Below the pieces are notes generated by a model. The model worked only from the letters and a program-made list of their open reading frames with translations, had not been told where the DNA came from and did not search any database. A DNA stretch of 64,000 bases from the human T2T-CHM13v2.0 reference genome, Homo sapiens. Positions 39,801 through 53,158 of this stretch are shown in pieces (within the stretch, counting starts at the first letter, position 1; each line of letters opens with the position of its first letter). The stretch is from the NCBI RefSeq assembly GCF_009914755.1, contig NC_060942.1; one strand, given 5' to 3'. The position numbers and the translations under genes are program-made.

Positions 39801-41834
39801 TGGATCACCTGCGGCGGGAGCAGGGCATGCGCCCTGGTGGGTGCTCAGTCCGCGTTTGTTGAGTGGATGATCACAACCCTGCAAACATGTCACTGAGCTA
39901 GGCAGTCCAAAGGGTGTCCCTCCAAGGGAGGCGAAGCTGGTGGATGCTGGACACCTGTATGTGCAGGAGCTGGGGGCTGGGGAGGGGGCATAGGTGCTGC
40001 CTGGGAGAGGCACCAGGTGTCCTGGCACCAGGACCAGGGATGTTCCTCAGGCTGGGCTGGCAGACAGGTCATTTTACCCAGTGGGCACTTAGGCAGGAGG
40101 CCTGGGGTTTCCAGGCTTTTTTGGGGGCTTATGCAAATATTGCAGACCTGAAAAAAATTCTGCTTCCAAGATAGGCAGCGAAAACTGCCAAATTAAAATG
40201 CACACATTTAATTAAATGTTGACAAAACGTGATGGCTTGTCAAATAGTCACCTGCAATTCATTGTCTCAAGTGGGATGTGGTGCTTTTTCCTGGGTTTGA
40301 TGTGACATCTATGAGGCCCGTAAAGGTCATGAGATGCCCTTGGGTAGCCATGGTGAGAAGAGGCTGGAGGCTGCAGGGGCACCTGCTCCTGCTGAGCAGG
40401 TAGAGGAGACACTAGGAGCAGCTCAGCATCCCCCCACAGCCTGGACGGCTCTGAGGGTGGGTCGTCATTCCCTCTGATGAGCTGGGCCGGATCACTTGAG
40501 ATACAGGCAGAAGGTGGAGAGGGGGCCAAGTCATGTCCTCCCCGTGGCTGGGGCAGAGCTGTGCATCTGGCTTCCTCCTTCCACACAGCCCCAGGGAAGA
40601 TATCCGGGGGCTTGGCAACCTCCCCTTCAGCTGCATTCAGCCCCACACCGGGTGCCATTTCTGGTGATCTAACATACAATTGAGCAACTCTTGGTGGTGC
40701 TAAGATAAATGGATGATAAATTGCAGTTGTATATTTTTAAGATTATGAAGAAAGCAAACATTTAAAATACAAGCCTGTTTATTAGTCTGTTTTACTCAGA
40801 GCCCCAGCTTCCGAAGTCTGGTTGCCCTGAATTCCATGTAGAAGTCCTGCCGGGACTTCTGGCAGGAGCGCCCGCCATGTCCCGCGCTGTCTGCATTGTT
40901 AGGAAACGTGTCCTTGCTTGGCTCCCAGCATATGGAGGAGAAGTGAATGTGTCACTGCTGTGGCAGGAACACATCTTCCAAGAACTAAGGGACATCTTGT
41001 CACGGACTCCTAGGCAGGAAACAGGGCAGAGTTCCAGGTGTCAGGTGCTGTGGTTTGAGGTGTGAATAAATAATTACCAAAATGACTGGCTGTGGTGGGG
41101 AACGAGGAGCATGTACACGTTTTGCCTGAAAGTGGGAGCCTGAGTGTTAGCATGGTCCCCCCGCCGTCTGCCTGCCTTCCTGAGCGTGCCACATCTACAC
41201 GGGGGTGCCCCTTCCTGACCGGGGTGCCCTCTCTCGCCTTCCCTCCTGCTCCCTGTGCACCTTGCCAGGGTTTCCCTGGGCAGCTCTGGTGAAGGGCGTG
41301 CGTCACGCTATCCAGGCCCTCTCCACGCCTCAGTGGCCAGTTGCCTTTCCTTTCTTTCTCTTTCTATGATGCTCCTGTATTGCCCCTGGATTCCTCTAAC
41401 CCACATCATGTTGGATTTTAATTATGTGTTTAATGACTTCTCTCTTACTAGATTATGAGTAAATCCCTCCAAGGGAGGGTCTGTGTTTTGTTTATTTTTG
41501 GTCCCTGAATGTCCAGTGCAGGGTCCATGTGCATGCACATATACACACAAATCCATCAGATACACATGTATTCATAATAAGTTTGCTTTTTAAAAGGGTA
41601 TTTTATATAAATAGAAATGGGAAACTATTATATTTGCAGACATGAACCAATGTATGCTATCAGTGCGGGTTTGAGCCCCAGCTTCAGGCTCAGTAAATCA
41701 TAGGTCAGCAGAACAATGCCACCCATTTTTCTTGGGATATGTGGTTTTTTCTAGATTCTGTGGCTTACAGTGCTATCCAAAATTCCTTCCACTCCTCCTT
41801 CACCTCCTTTCTCAGCTCCCAGGATTTCTGTCTG

Positions 41835-42590
41835 CCTGGGGAAAACCCTCACCCTGTGTTTTTCCTCTGGTGTGAGAGCAGAGAACAGTCATCCACATAG
41901 AAGAACACTTCTGTGGCCTAGTGTGTGGGGCTTCCCCACAGCCCAGCAGTGGACACCTGCTGTAGTGTCAGCTCCACAGGCCGGGGGGTCAGTCCCCAAG
42001 GCTGCCCCTCAGACTCCAGTTGCAAGTCCAGGCCTCAGGAATTTCTGACCGACTGGCTTCAGGTTGGGGTTCTCACAACCCCCTTGCTATGTTTGATTAA
42101 TTTGCTGGGGGGTGCTCACAGAACTCAGGGAAACACATGTTTACATTTACCAGTTTGCTCCAAGGATATTGCAAAGGACACAGATGAAGGGCTGCGTGGG
42201 GCAGGGCATGGGGAAGATGTGGAGTCCTGTGCCCTCCCTGGGCACCCCCCTCCAAGAGCCTCTGCATGTTCCGCCATCCAGAAGCTCCCTGAACCCTGTC
42301 CTCTTGGATTTTTATGGGCGCTTCTTGATGTCAGCTTTCTTCCCCGCTGGTGGGGATGGGGCCTTCTCTGAGGAGGATCGTATGAGCAACAGGAAAGGCT
42401 GGAGGAGAGAGATGTTTTGCCTGGCAGCTGAAAGGCGGACAGAAAGGACAGGAGAAGGTTGGGGAAGTTCTGTTTCCTGAGGCCTGACGCACCCGACCTT
42501 CTAACAGAAGACTGTAACAGGGCTGTGGGGTACACAAGCCAGGTGCCGTGGAGGAAAGCCTGTAGATAGATCCACATCACGGCACCACCA
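41835..42590 (-). mobile_element. MER21 (A/B-like) ERVL LTR
   Basis: ggggttctcacaaccccc..ttgattaatttgct..ctcacagaactcagggaaacac..agactgtaacagggctgtggg..agccaggtgccgtggaggaaa. Confidence 0.8.
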
Positions 42591-42689
42591 CTTCTCCCCG
42601 TGGTTCACAGGCCCTCCCCAAGCATCCCAGGGCCCTCTGCTGTGAAGGCGGCTCCCCCTGCCTCGCTACCTGGGCCCCCGCTCCCCTGT

Positions 42690-42848
42690 GCAGTGTGCTT
42701 ATTTCAGTGCTGGTCTGACTTGCTCTTCGTGGTGGTAAGCTCCATGAAGGCAGGACCATGCTCAGGGAGTTTCCTGTCCTTCACTGCCCCAGGGATGTGG
42801 CAAATACTTAATCAGTGTTTGCCTATGGAGTGAACAGGTCCATGAATG
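42690..42848 (+). mobile_element. L2 3' end fragment
   Basis: gtaagctccatgaaggcaggaccatg..ttcactgccccag..atacttaatcagtgtttg. Confidence 0.55.
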
Positions 42849-43913
42849 GTCTTGGAAAATGATGTATCCCAGCACCATGGTGGTGGTCATTCATACGTGT
42901 TCTCATGACTTCTTTGCTTTTCCTAATGGTGAGTTCGGTAGGCCAATTCATTTCTTGCTGAAAAGTGTGGTAAAGGCAAGTCTCCTAACTGGACCAAGAC
43001 TACAGCCTGCAGAACGCGCAGGGCCTGGGCATGGGGAAGCACGGATGAGGAGCCTGCTGCTGATGCTGAGCAGGAGCCGTGGAGGGGTCTACACCACTCT
43101 GCTGACTCTGCGTGATGAGGATTCAAAATGCCATTCACGCAAAACAAATTTAGCAACTAAGAAGTAGAGCGGCGCGCTGCTTTAGAAGCACTATGTGTTA
43201 GCAGGTGTGGTACACACCTGACTTTGCTTCTGTGGCTGAGGAAGGGGAATGAGTCTTCTGTGCGTAAATCTTTCCACAAGCACCATCCTGGGTGTCCTGC
43301 CTGACCAGACTTGTGAGCCAGGGCCAGGTTGAAGCATGTGCCCAGGTGAAAATTATGCATTATTTATTCATGTGAGCAACTCTGCGCCTATTTTGAAACA
43401 TTCACTGCTTTGTTTTGTTTGTTTTGTCTAATTGCATGAAAGATGTGGTAGGCAGAATAATGCCCCCCAACAAAAGGTGTCCACTTCTTAATCCCTGGAA
43501 CCTGTGAATATGTTACCTTACTAGCAAAAGGGACTTTACAGATATGACTAAGGCTAAGGACCTTGAGTTGCAGAAATTATCCTGGACCATCCAGGCAGGC
43601 CTGGAGACATGAGTCCTCTAAAAACAGAGACTCTTTCCCAGCTGTGCTCAGAACCAGAGGTGACCACCAAAGAGAGATCAGAGCCATGCCATGTGAAAAG
43701 GACTTGACTTGCCATTGCTGGCTTTCCAGATGATGAAGGGGCCTCAAGCCAAGGAATGTGGGCAGCTTCTAGAAGATGGAAAAGGCAAACAAATATTCTC
43801 CCCTAGAGCTCTGGGAAGGAACACAGCTCTGCCACCTCCTTGATTTTCACCCAGTGAAATTAGTTTTGGATTCCCAACCTATAGAACTGTAAAGTAACAA
43901 ATTTGTGTTTTAA

Positions 43914-44238
<325 letters not shown>

Positions 44239-44248
44239 ACATTTGGTG

Positions 44249-44562
44249 TTTTTTTTTTTTTCTTTTTGTTTTTGTTTTCCTGAGATGGAGTCTTACTCTG
44301 TCGCCCAGGCTGGAGTGCAGTGTGTGATCTCAGCTCACTGCAACCTCCACCTCCTGGATTCAAGCCATTCTCTTGCCTCAGTCTCCCAAGTAGCTGGAAT
44401 TATAGGTGCCCGCAACCACGCCCGGCTCATTTTTGTATTTTTTGTAGAGATGGGGTTTCACCATGTTGGCCAGGCTGGTCTCAAACTCCTGGCCTCAGGT
44501 AATCTGCCCACCTCAGCCTCCCAAAGTGCTGGGATTACAGCTGTGAGCCACCGCACCCGGTC
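44249..44562 (-). mobile_element. AluS (Sx/Sz-like), tail-to-tail with the preceding AluJ
   Basis: Poly-T followed by gagatggagtcttactctgtcgcccagg..ctcaggtaatctgcccacc..ccgcacccgg. Confidence 0.93.
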
Positions 44563-44826
44563 AAATTCGGTGTTTTAAGCCACTGAGTTTGTATAGCTTG
44601 TTATAGCAGCAATAGGGAAGAGATACATATGGCTTTGTCTATAGAAGGATATTGCTTAAATAAAAAGAAGAAAACCCTTCCAGGTCTACATTTTCTCAGG
44701 CAGTGCTTGCGCTTTAAGGAGCACGTGCAGGATATTTACATCAGCAGCAAGTATATGAATCGTAGCCTAGTCTCATCGTTAGAGGTGCATAAACTCAAGG
44801 TAAGCATACCCTAAGTTTCCGCTCAA

Positions 44827-44906
44827 GGTCATACCCTGGCTCCAGCCCTGTCACATGGTTAATGTTCCACAGCCAGTGACTGAGCTGGAGCCAGGGCCAC
44901 TGCCCC
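44827..44906 (+). ncRNA. MIR5190: miR-5190 precursor hairpin; mature CCAGUGACUGAGCUGGAGCCA at 44873-44893
   Basis: The arms CCCTGGCTCCAGC..TGTCAC and GTGAC..GCTGGAGCCAGGG are visibly complementary. The 3' arm matches the hsa-miR-5190 mature sequence as recalled, and it is on the host-gene strand. Confidence 0.88.
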
Positions 44907-45070
44907 CACGTCGTCACACCATGGTCATTGTCATTTCACTGCAGTTTCTCCAGCTTCCCTTTGAAGAGGAACACAAAGGAGAGGTGCTTTGCAAGGATAC
45001 AGTATATTATAAGAATAGGGACATGTTTGAAACTAGTAGTTAATGAACATTATTTTCCTAAATTCATAGC

Positions 45071-45371
<301 letters not shown>

Positions 45372-46309
45372 TAACTGATAGTTTTAGAGCAGTCCATTAG
45401 AGTGGACCCATGTCATCTGACGAAGCCATGTGTCTGTTTTGTATTTTCTAAGAGATTTGGTGCTGAGTAAAGAAAAAGAAAATTCTTCATATCTGATGAG
45501 AAGGTAGTGCTGTTGAGAGAGACCAAAAAAGGACAATTAGTGATGAGGGTATTTAAGGCAGACAGTTCATACCTCCTGAGTTTTTGGAACATGTGTCTCT
45601 CTTTGGTAAAATATTTTGGGGATAATCCCTATTATATGTGTATTTAATTATTTTAATATTATATACATATGCTATTATAAACTTCCTAAGATAAACACAA
45701 AATTATAGATTTTGCTGAAGAGCAAAATAAAAATAAAATTGTTCTCCCCTTTTCTTCCAACACCAAATGAATCAGCCCACTGGGGTGTAGTAGGCAGCTC
45801 TGCCTGGAACTGCCTGCCATGCCGCCCTCTGTGTGCCTGGAACAGCCTGCCATGCTGCCGTCTGCATGGCCGGGGCCCTTCTGCAGCCCCCACTGCACCA
45901 ACCTTTGTCCGCCTTTATTGTTGGTGAACACAGTGCCCACCTCACCATGCTGGGGTGGCCTGGCTTGCTGTCTCTGAGTACCGTGGGAACTGAGGCGGGC
46001 TGGCCTTGTCTCCCCAGCGCCTGCTCACAGAAGGTGCCCCATGATGTCTGTCGTGCAGATGAATGTGTCCACGCATGCTGGGCTAGTACAGAAGATCGGT
46101 AGGCAGGGGTCTTCGTGGCCAGGGCCTGAGGAGGACCGATAGCCTTGGGGACTGCATGGGTTTTGAGAGTCTGGGGGAACCAGGGGGAAGTAGGAGGACA
46201 TAGTAAACAAAGGTCAAGAAGAGCGAGGAAGACGTGGGGATGGGGACACGTACCTGACTGAGGAAAATGGATTCTAGGAACACAAACGTCATTGAAGAAG
46301 GAGAGTGTG

Positions 46310-46944
46310 TGTTACTGGTTGAGGGTGTCCTGGTCCTTGGCATCTTGAACAAATAATCAGACAAAACACACAAACAAAGCAAGGAAAGAATAAAGCAACA
46401 AAAGCAGAGATTTATTGAAAACGAAAGTACACTCCACAGGGTGGTAGCATGCCCTAGCAAGCGGCTCCTGAGCCCGGTTACAGAATTTTCTCCGCTTTAA
46501 AGACTCTCTAGCGGTTTCCCATTGGTTACTTGGTGTACACCCTATGTAAATTAACTAGTGGCCTTTGATCAGTCTGATTGGTTGCAGGAAGGGGCCAATC
46601 AGAGGCTGAAGCAAAGTTACAAAGTTACACCCTATGCAAATGTCTGATTGGTTGCAGAAAGTGACCAATCAGAGGCTAAAGTGAAGTTACAAAGTTATAC
46701 TCCTATGCAAGACTTGGCCCCTGACCAGCCTGATTGGTTGTGGGAGGGGTCCAGTCAGAGGTACTTTCAATTTTTCATCTGCCACACAGAAAAAGTGGGA
46801 GGGGGCAGGGTTGCAAGGGAGTAGCCTCTGGTCCTTGTGTTACTTGGGCATGGAAAGTTGGGGTTTTCCTTTTGATTTAGTTCTAGGAAGTCGGTGTGAA
46901 TCGGCCTTAGGTTCCCTTCCTCCAGATCCTATTCTCGTGCCTCA
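46310..46944 (-). mobile_element. MER51 (MER51A-like) ERV1 solo LTR, apparently complete
   Basis: The minus strand begins TGAGGCACGAGAATAGGATCTGGAGG..CCTAAGGCCGATTCAC and ends ..GTAACA. It has internal repeated CCAAT/octamer units, a minus-strand AATAAA at 46411-46416, and flanks TGTG/TGGG. Confidence 0.88.
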
Positions 46945-49589
46945 TGGGGTCACTGCTTGCCTGGGTGGATGAGCTGGAGCTTCATTCTGTGAAAGCAGTG
47001 GGCTGGCTTCAGATCCCGTGACAGCTGCAAGCACAGCAGAACCAAGGCAGGCACTTGTGGACTTCTTCACTGTCCTCAAAAAAGCAGGTGGTGTTGTCAA
47101 CTGTGGTTACACTGGACAGAAAGAACACTGTTACCAGGGGCCAGGTGTGCAACAGTTCTGACTAGGGCCGTGGGAGTAAGGCCGGGAAGCAAGGGGTCCA
47201 TGCAGTTACTCTGAGCTGAGACGAGCAGGCTGACCGCTAGACTGGGGGCCACAGGGGGACGGGCCAGGGATGCATCCAGGTGTCAAGCCAGGGTGCATGG
47301 TAATGTGACTCTCCAGACCACACAGCCAGGTAGGGGGCTGGTTTTCAGGATGAGATACCAACTTTGGTCTAAGAGAGGTGACTTCTACATAGGGCTGTGA
47401 GACAGGCACTGTTCAATAAGCAGTTGGAACTAATTTTTTTGGATTTTAATGATTCCAAAAAAGAAATCTGGGAGCTACAGAATTAGCATTTATCTTCTTC
47501 CCTTAACTGATACAAATTCTTCTATGCCAAGCCTTGAAGAGCGCCCAAGAAAGGCGTATATCAATGCGGAAGGTGGGAGTCCAGGAGGCCAGTGTGGGCT
47601 CAGTCATGGTGGCTGTCACGGGCGGAGCAGGGACAGCAAGGATGTCTCCCAGAAATGCAGAGAGCCTGAGCAGAGCCCCGCCTGGGAGCTTTTCTACAAC
47701 AATGTAGCCAGAGAGGTTCAGCCTTTCCAGTGGGGGGCAGCTCGTGGCCTAGACTCGGTGAGGATAGTATACTCTCATGCGGAGATGTTCCTGGAAGCCT
47801 CACACACCTGTGGCCATGCTGTGGTGGCCTTTGCAGGGCTCTCTAGGGCAAGCTGAAGGCAGATCCCGACTGCCAGGGGCAGCAGCCAGGGATGGCTTAC
47901 AGGGCAAGCAGAGCATTTTCCTACCTGTGGTCCCGCTGGGGGGCCCGAGACCAAGAATCTCCACGAAACAATTGGTGACCCCTGAAGATGCCACACCGGG
48001 TTTCTAGAATCACACGTGATGTGTGTGTGCACCTAGGGAATGGGAGCTCTTCCTGGGTGTGGCCATGTCCCCCCTGGACTCCTAAAGGTTGGCCTTATGG
48101 GATGGGTGACAACCAGCTGCCAGGCTCCCTCCCTGTCCCCCAGTTCTCCTTTTCTCTATTCCCTTCCTGTACCTCTTTTGGAGGCCATGCTGCCTGCCCA
48201 CCCGCCTCCCTGGAGGTGTGCAGCCCCCTGAGCCTGGGGTTCAGAAGAGCAAACCCACCGGCATCCCAGGGCACCTGCCTGACGAAGGGAACAGGATGCC
48301 TTCTCTGCATTCCCTTCGTTGCCCTAAGTTAACACTATAGCTCCATTCTGTTATTTTTGTGCTCAAACAGGCTTAAAAACAGTTGTTAACACATATTCTC
48401 ATCTCCCAAATTGTCATTTTTTTGAGATGGCAAGGAATACATCACGCCTTTGGATGGCTTTAATTTACATCATCTAGTGTTCACCTCATTCACACGATTC
48501 TGATACTTATTTCTAATTCTGAGTAACTAACGGCAGGTGACAGGGCAGTCACCCAACAGCGTATAGCACCTTGGGGCTTCACAGAAAGAGCCCTGCATGA
48601 GGACCTGTGTGTCACCCACACTTCAGGCCAGCTTGACAGCCACCCCCGCCTTTAGGGAGCTGCAGCAGCTAAGAAACATGTACTGCAGAATAAGAGAAAA
48701 GGACCCAAGATTGCTTTTTAAAAATGTGTTTCTTAACTTGTTCTTTGGCATAATTTCTGCATTAATGGATAGTACTTCTCAGCCTTTCATGAAATTTCTG
48801 CCTCTTATATGTGGAGAAAACAGAGGCTGTTTTAAATTATAAAGGAAAGCTTTAATCTAGTCCAAGAAACTGGGGGAAATAGACTTCTTTTCTCGCTTTC
48901 AGCCCCATTTCCCTACCTAATGTTAAATATGGCTATTTCTCCCAATTTAGAGGGTTTTCTTTGTAGAATATGAATGAGCTATTTACTGGGTAACAAAAAG
49001 ACAAGCCTTTCAAGTACAAATGGAGCTTTGGAGATCTCTCAATTTGAAAGACTAATCTCTGCATAAACACAACTGTTTCTCCATATTGCTGGGAACACTC
49101 CATCTATCTGTTTGGCCACATTTTCTATTATGGTTTTTATAAAATGAAACGATGGCTAATAGCTCAGCAGAGAAGTATTTGGGCACAGTAGCAATAGGGA
49201 TGTGTTTACATTGCTTTAAACTGTGTTGTGAGCAAAGAATAGTAATTTTCTATAGAAATTGCTCTAATCTGATCAGTAGAATTAGGCATTGCATATTTTC
49301 ATTTCTGTACCTTTATCGGAGCTTATGTCAACTAATAATCTCATTTAGATACTTGGGTTTTTCATATTAAATATCTGGTTATACCTGCTATATCTTTCAG
49401 CCTCAAAACTCTTAGATCAGGTCTTCCTTTTTCTTTACACAAGTGGATAGCAGATGTGACAATACCACTGTCTGCCACAGGGAATAATTTGAGGGGCCAC
49501 CGTGTGTCTAGAACCTTCCACAGGGAAGTGCACCTGAATGTGGAAAGATGGTGCCATTGCTCTTAGAAATGCCCTTTAGGGCTGACAGA

Positions 49590-49996
49590 GCCTGACTTTT
49601 TTTTTTTTTTTTTTCACATCGCTGTAGATGGGGCTTTTGAAACCCTCCTTCCCTTCAGCCCCCACCCCCACCCCCACCCCAAGGTTTTAGGACAAAATGG
49701 GATGAGTGAATTCATGGCTTGACAGACTGAACAGAAAAATGAGGCTCCGTGCTCCATATTCATGTGCATCTGCCCCTCATGGTGACATGCTAATTGGTTG
49801 GCCGGTGCACAAGACAAGGAAGTGCAGGTTTCCTGTTGCTCACACAGTGCTTCCTGTCTGCTGTGGCAGGAGCCGGGAGGAAGGGAGCGAGCCAAGAGGG
49901 GTGCTGCCCACCGGAAACGATGGCGCGAGGCCGCAGAGCTAAATGGGGGCCTCTCCAGGGAGTGCTCTGTTCACGGCTCCATCGCTGTTAGTAAGT
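49590..49996 (+). promoter_or_regulatory. Candidate internal promoter and alternative first exon of LDLRAD4
   Basis: Elements in order: poly-T (49597-49614), CCCCCA repeats/GT-boxes (49659-49680), ATTGG (~49793), and ETS cores AGGAAGTG (49817), TTTCCTGT (49829), CTTCCTGT (49850) and CCGGAAA (49911). CpGs are locally enriched, and a donor TTA|GTAAGT follows at 49990/49991. Confidence 0.55.
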
Positions 49997-50769
49997 ATCT
50001 TGTGATTTCGGAATTTAAATGAGGTTGTGTTTAACCTGCATAACATCTGGCTTTTAAAATCTGACTTTATTTTCCTTTTATTTCTGTGCATCGGCTCAGG
50101 CACACTTAGTGGTTGCTTAGGTGTTGAAGTCAGGTTACCAAACAGCACGTCCTCTCTTTATTCTCAGGCTGCGTGTTTCATTGATTCTGAAGGTCAGATG
50201 GCTGTGTTCAAGTTCTGTTAGTATATTGGTGTCAGAAATGAAAAGATGATGTAACCCTTTATAACTTCTTAAAGGCTCATATCATGTCAGGAAATTAACC
50301 TGTAGGAGTTATGGACAAATGCCCATCCTGATGATTTTCAGCCATGAAAATGAGTAAAGGGGAGATGGGCATACGAAAGGCTGCATGTGTTGAGCATTTG
50401 ATTTTGGAGGAGGATGCATTTGTTGTTTGATGGAGTCTACGACCTTGCCCTCATTCCAAAGGGCAGCCTTTGGCCCTGGGCATGCCCTCATTGGCTCACA
50501 ACACCTACAAACCATACAACATTTGGCATCAGGGTTGTATCTGTTGGTGGAGGACACAACGCCAAAAGGAAATGGGATTTCCTGGTTAGGCCTGCGGCTT
50601 GGCAGATGATTGTTATGGGAAAGACACTGAGTCTGTTTAGGCAATTTCTTCCTCTTTACTAATAAAGTGTTCCTATTTTGAAAGCAATGCTGAGTTGTGG
50701 ACATGTGTATAAACCGTAATGCTGTAAGTTAGGCCTCTCTTGTCTAGAATCTCAGCCTCTTCATACTCT

Positions 50770-50958
50770 CTCCCCCTTTTTTGCCATATTATTTTCCTTA
50801 TCACTAACTATATATTTTACCTGTCTCACTTACTATCTGTCTCTCCTCTCAGAGTGTTACTCCAGGAGGGCAGAGATAACTGTTTAGTCCAGGCTGTGCC
50901 TTCGGTGCTCAAAATAATGCCTGGGTGCAAAATAAATATATCTTGAATGAAATAATGA
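50770..50958 (+). mobile_element. L2 3' end fragment
   Basis: tctgtctctcctctcagagtgttactccaggagggcagagat..aaataatgcctggg..aataaatatatcttgaatga. Confidence 0.7.
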
Positions 50959-51066
50959 AGTAATCTTTAAAATGGTGCTCCGAGCATAATTTTCATATAG
51001 TAACACATAGTTTGCAATTAGTTGTCTCTTTCAGGGATAATGGAATTGTTCAACATAAGAAAATCA

Positions 51067-51429
<363 letters not shown>

Positions 51430-51535
51430 TCAATAGACACAGAAAAGGCATTTGACAAACTCTTAACCTTCTTTGATTATAAAAACACACAAAAACCTAG
51501 AAATAGAAGGAACTTCTTCAACAAGATAAAAGGCA

Positions 51536-51899
51536 TGTCCTCGTCCAGCTGGGTGCCTCTAACAAAATACCATATACGAGGTGGCCTGTAAACAACAGAG
51601 GTTTATTTCTCATTGTTCTGGAGGTCGGAAGTCTGAGATCGGGGCACCACCAGATTCTGTGTCTGGTGGGGGCCTGTTTCCTGGTTCATAGATGGAACAT
51701 TCTTGTTATATCTTCACATGGTGGAAGGGGCCAGCCAGCTCTCTGGGATCTCTTTTATAAGGACACTAATCCCATTTATGAGGGCTCCACCCTCATGACC
51801 TAATCACCTCCTGAAGGCTCCACTTCCTAATATCCTCACATTGGTAATTAGGTTTCAACATGTGAGTTGTAGTGGGGCACAAACATTCAGTCTATAGCA
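51536..51899 (-). mobile_element. MLT1A0-type MaLR solo LTR inserted in L1
   Basis: taacaaaataccata..tttatttctcattgttctggagg..gagggctccaccctcatgacctaatcacctcc..aaacattcagtctatagca. Confidence 0.9.
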
Positions 51900-53158
51900 G
51901 GGTATTTATGAAAAACCTACTAATACCATACTCAGTGGTGAAAGCTTTAAACCCTAAGACAAGGAACAAGAGAGGATACCCACTTTTACCAATGCTGTTC
52001 AACATTGTACTCCAGGTTCTAGCCAGAGCAACTAGACAAGAAAAAGAAATAAAAGGCATCCAATTGCAAAGAAAAGAATGAAAACTATCCCTGTTCAAAA
52101 ATGACATGATCTTATGTATAGAGTATCTCCGAGATGCCACAAGAAAGCTACTAGAACAAATAGATGAATTCAGCAGAATTGCTGGGAACAACATCAACAT
52201 GCAAAAATCAAGTGTGTTTCTATACATGTGCCATGAACAATCTGAAAAGGAAATTAACAAAGTCATTTCATTTAAATTAGCTCTAAAAGAATAAAATACC
52301 TAGAAGTAAATTTAACCCAGGAAGAAAGATTTGTACACTGAAAACAATACAAAATATTGCTGAAAGAAATTAAAGAATACCTAATTAAATGGAAAGACGT
52401 TCCATATTCATGGGTAAGAAGACTTAGTATAGCTAACACATAAATACTACCTAAAGCCATCTACAGATGCAATACAATCCCTATCAAAATTCTAACAGCC
52501 TTTCACTTTTGCAAAAGCTGATCTTAAGATTCATATAGAATTTCAAGGCACACCTTACAGCCAACACACTCTTGAGAAAGAACAAAGTCAGAGGACTCAC
52601 ACTTCCCAGTTTCAAAATTTACAAAAGTACTGTAATCAACACGGTGTGGCGTGGACTTCAGGATAGATGCATAGACCTATGAAGAGAACTGAGAGTCCGG
52701 ACATCCACACAGCTATGGCTGGATGATTGGATGATTTTTGATAAGGGCTCCAAGTCCATTTAATGGGAAAGAATAGTCTTTTCAACAAATGATGCTGGGG
52801 CAACTGGGTTCCTGCATCAAAAGAAGGGAGTTGGACCCTATCTCATATCAGGTACAAAAATTAGCTTGAAATGTATCAACGACTTACATTTAAGAGCCAA
52901 GAGCATAAAATTCGTAGGAGAAAACATAGGGGTAAGTTTTCATGATGTTGGATATGGCAGTGGATTCTTAGCTATAACACCCAAAGTATGAACAACAAAA
53001 GAAAAAAAAACAGATAAATTTGACTTTATCAAAATGAAAGACTTGTGTGCATCCAAAGACATTATTAAGAGAGTAAAAAGACATCCTACAAAATGGGAGA
53101 AAATATTTGCAAGTCATTTATCTGATGAAGGCTTATTATTCAGAATATATAAAGGACT

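Noticed and set aside
46521-46760. Repeat-spacer-like units suggestive of a CRISPR-type array
   Set aside because: These are the internal CCAAT/octamer repeats of the MER51 LTR. The DNA is primate and has no cas genes.
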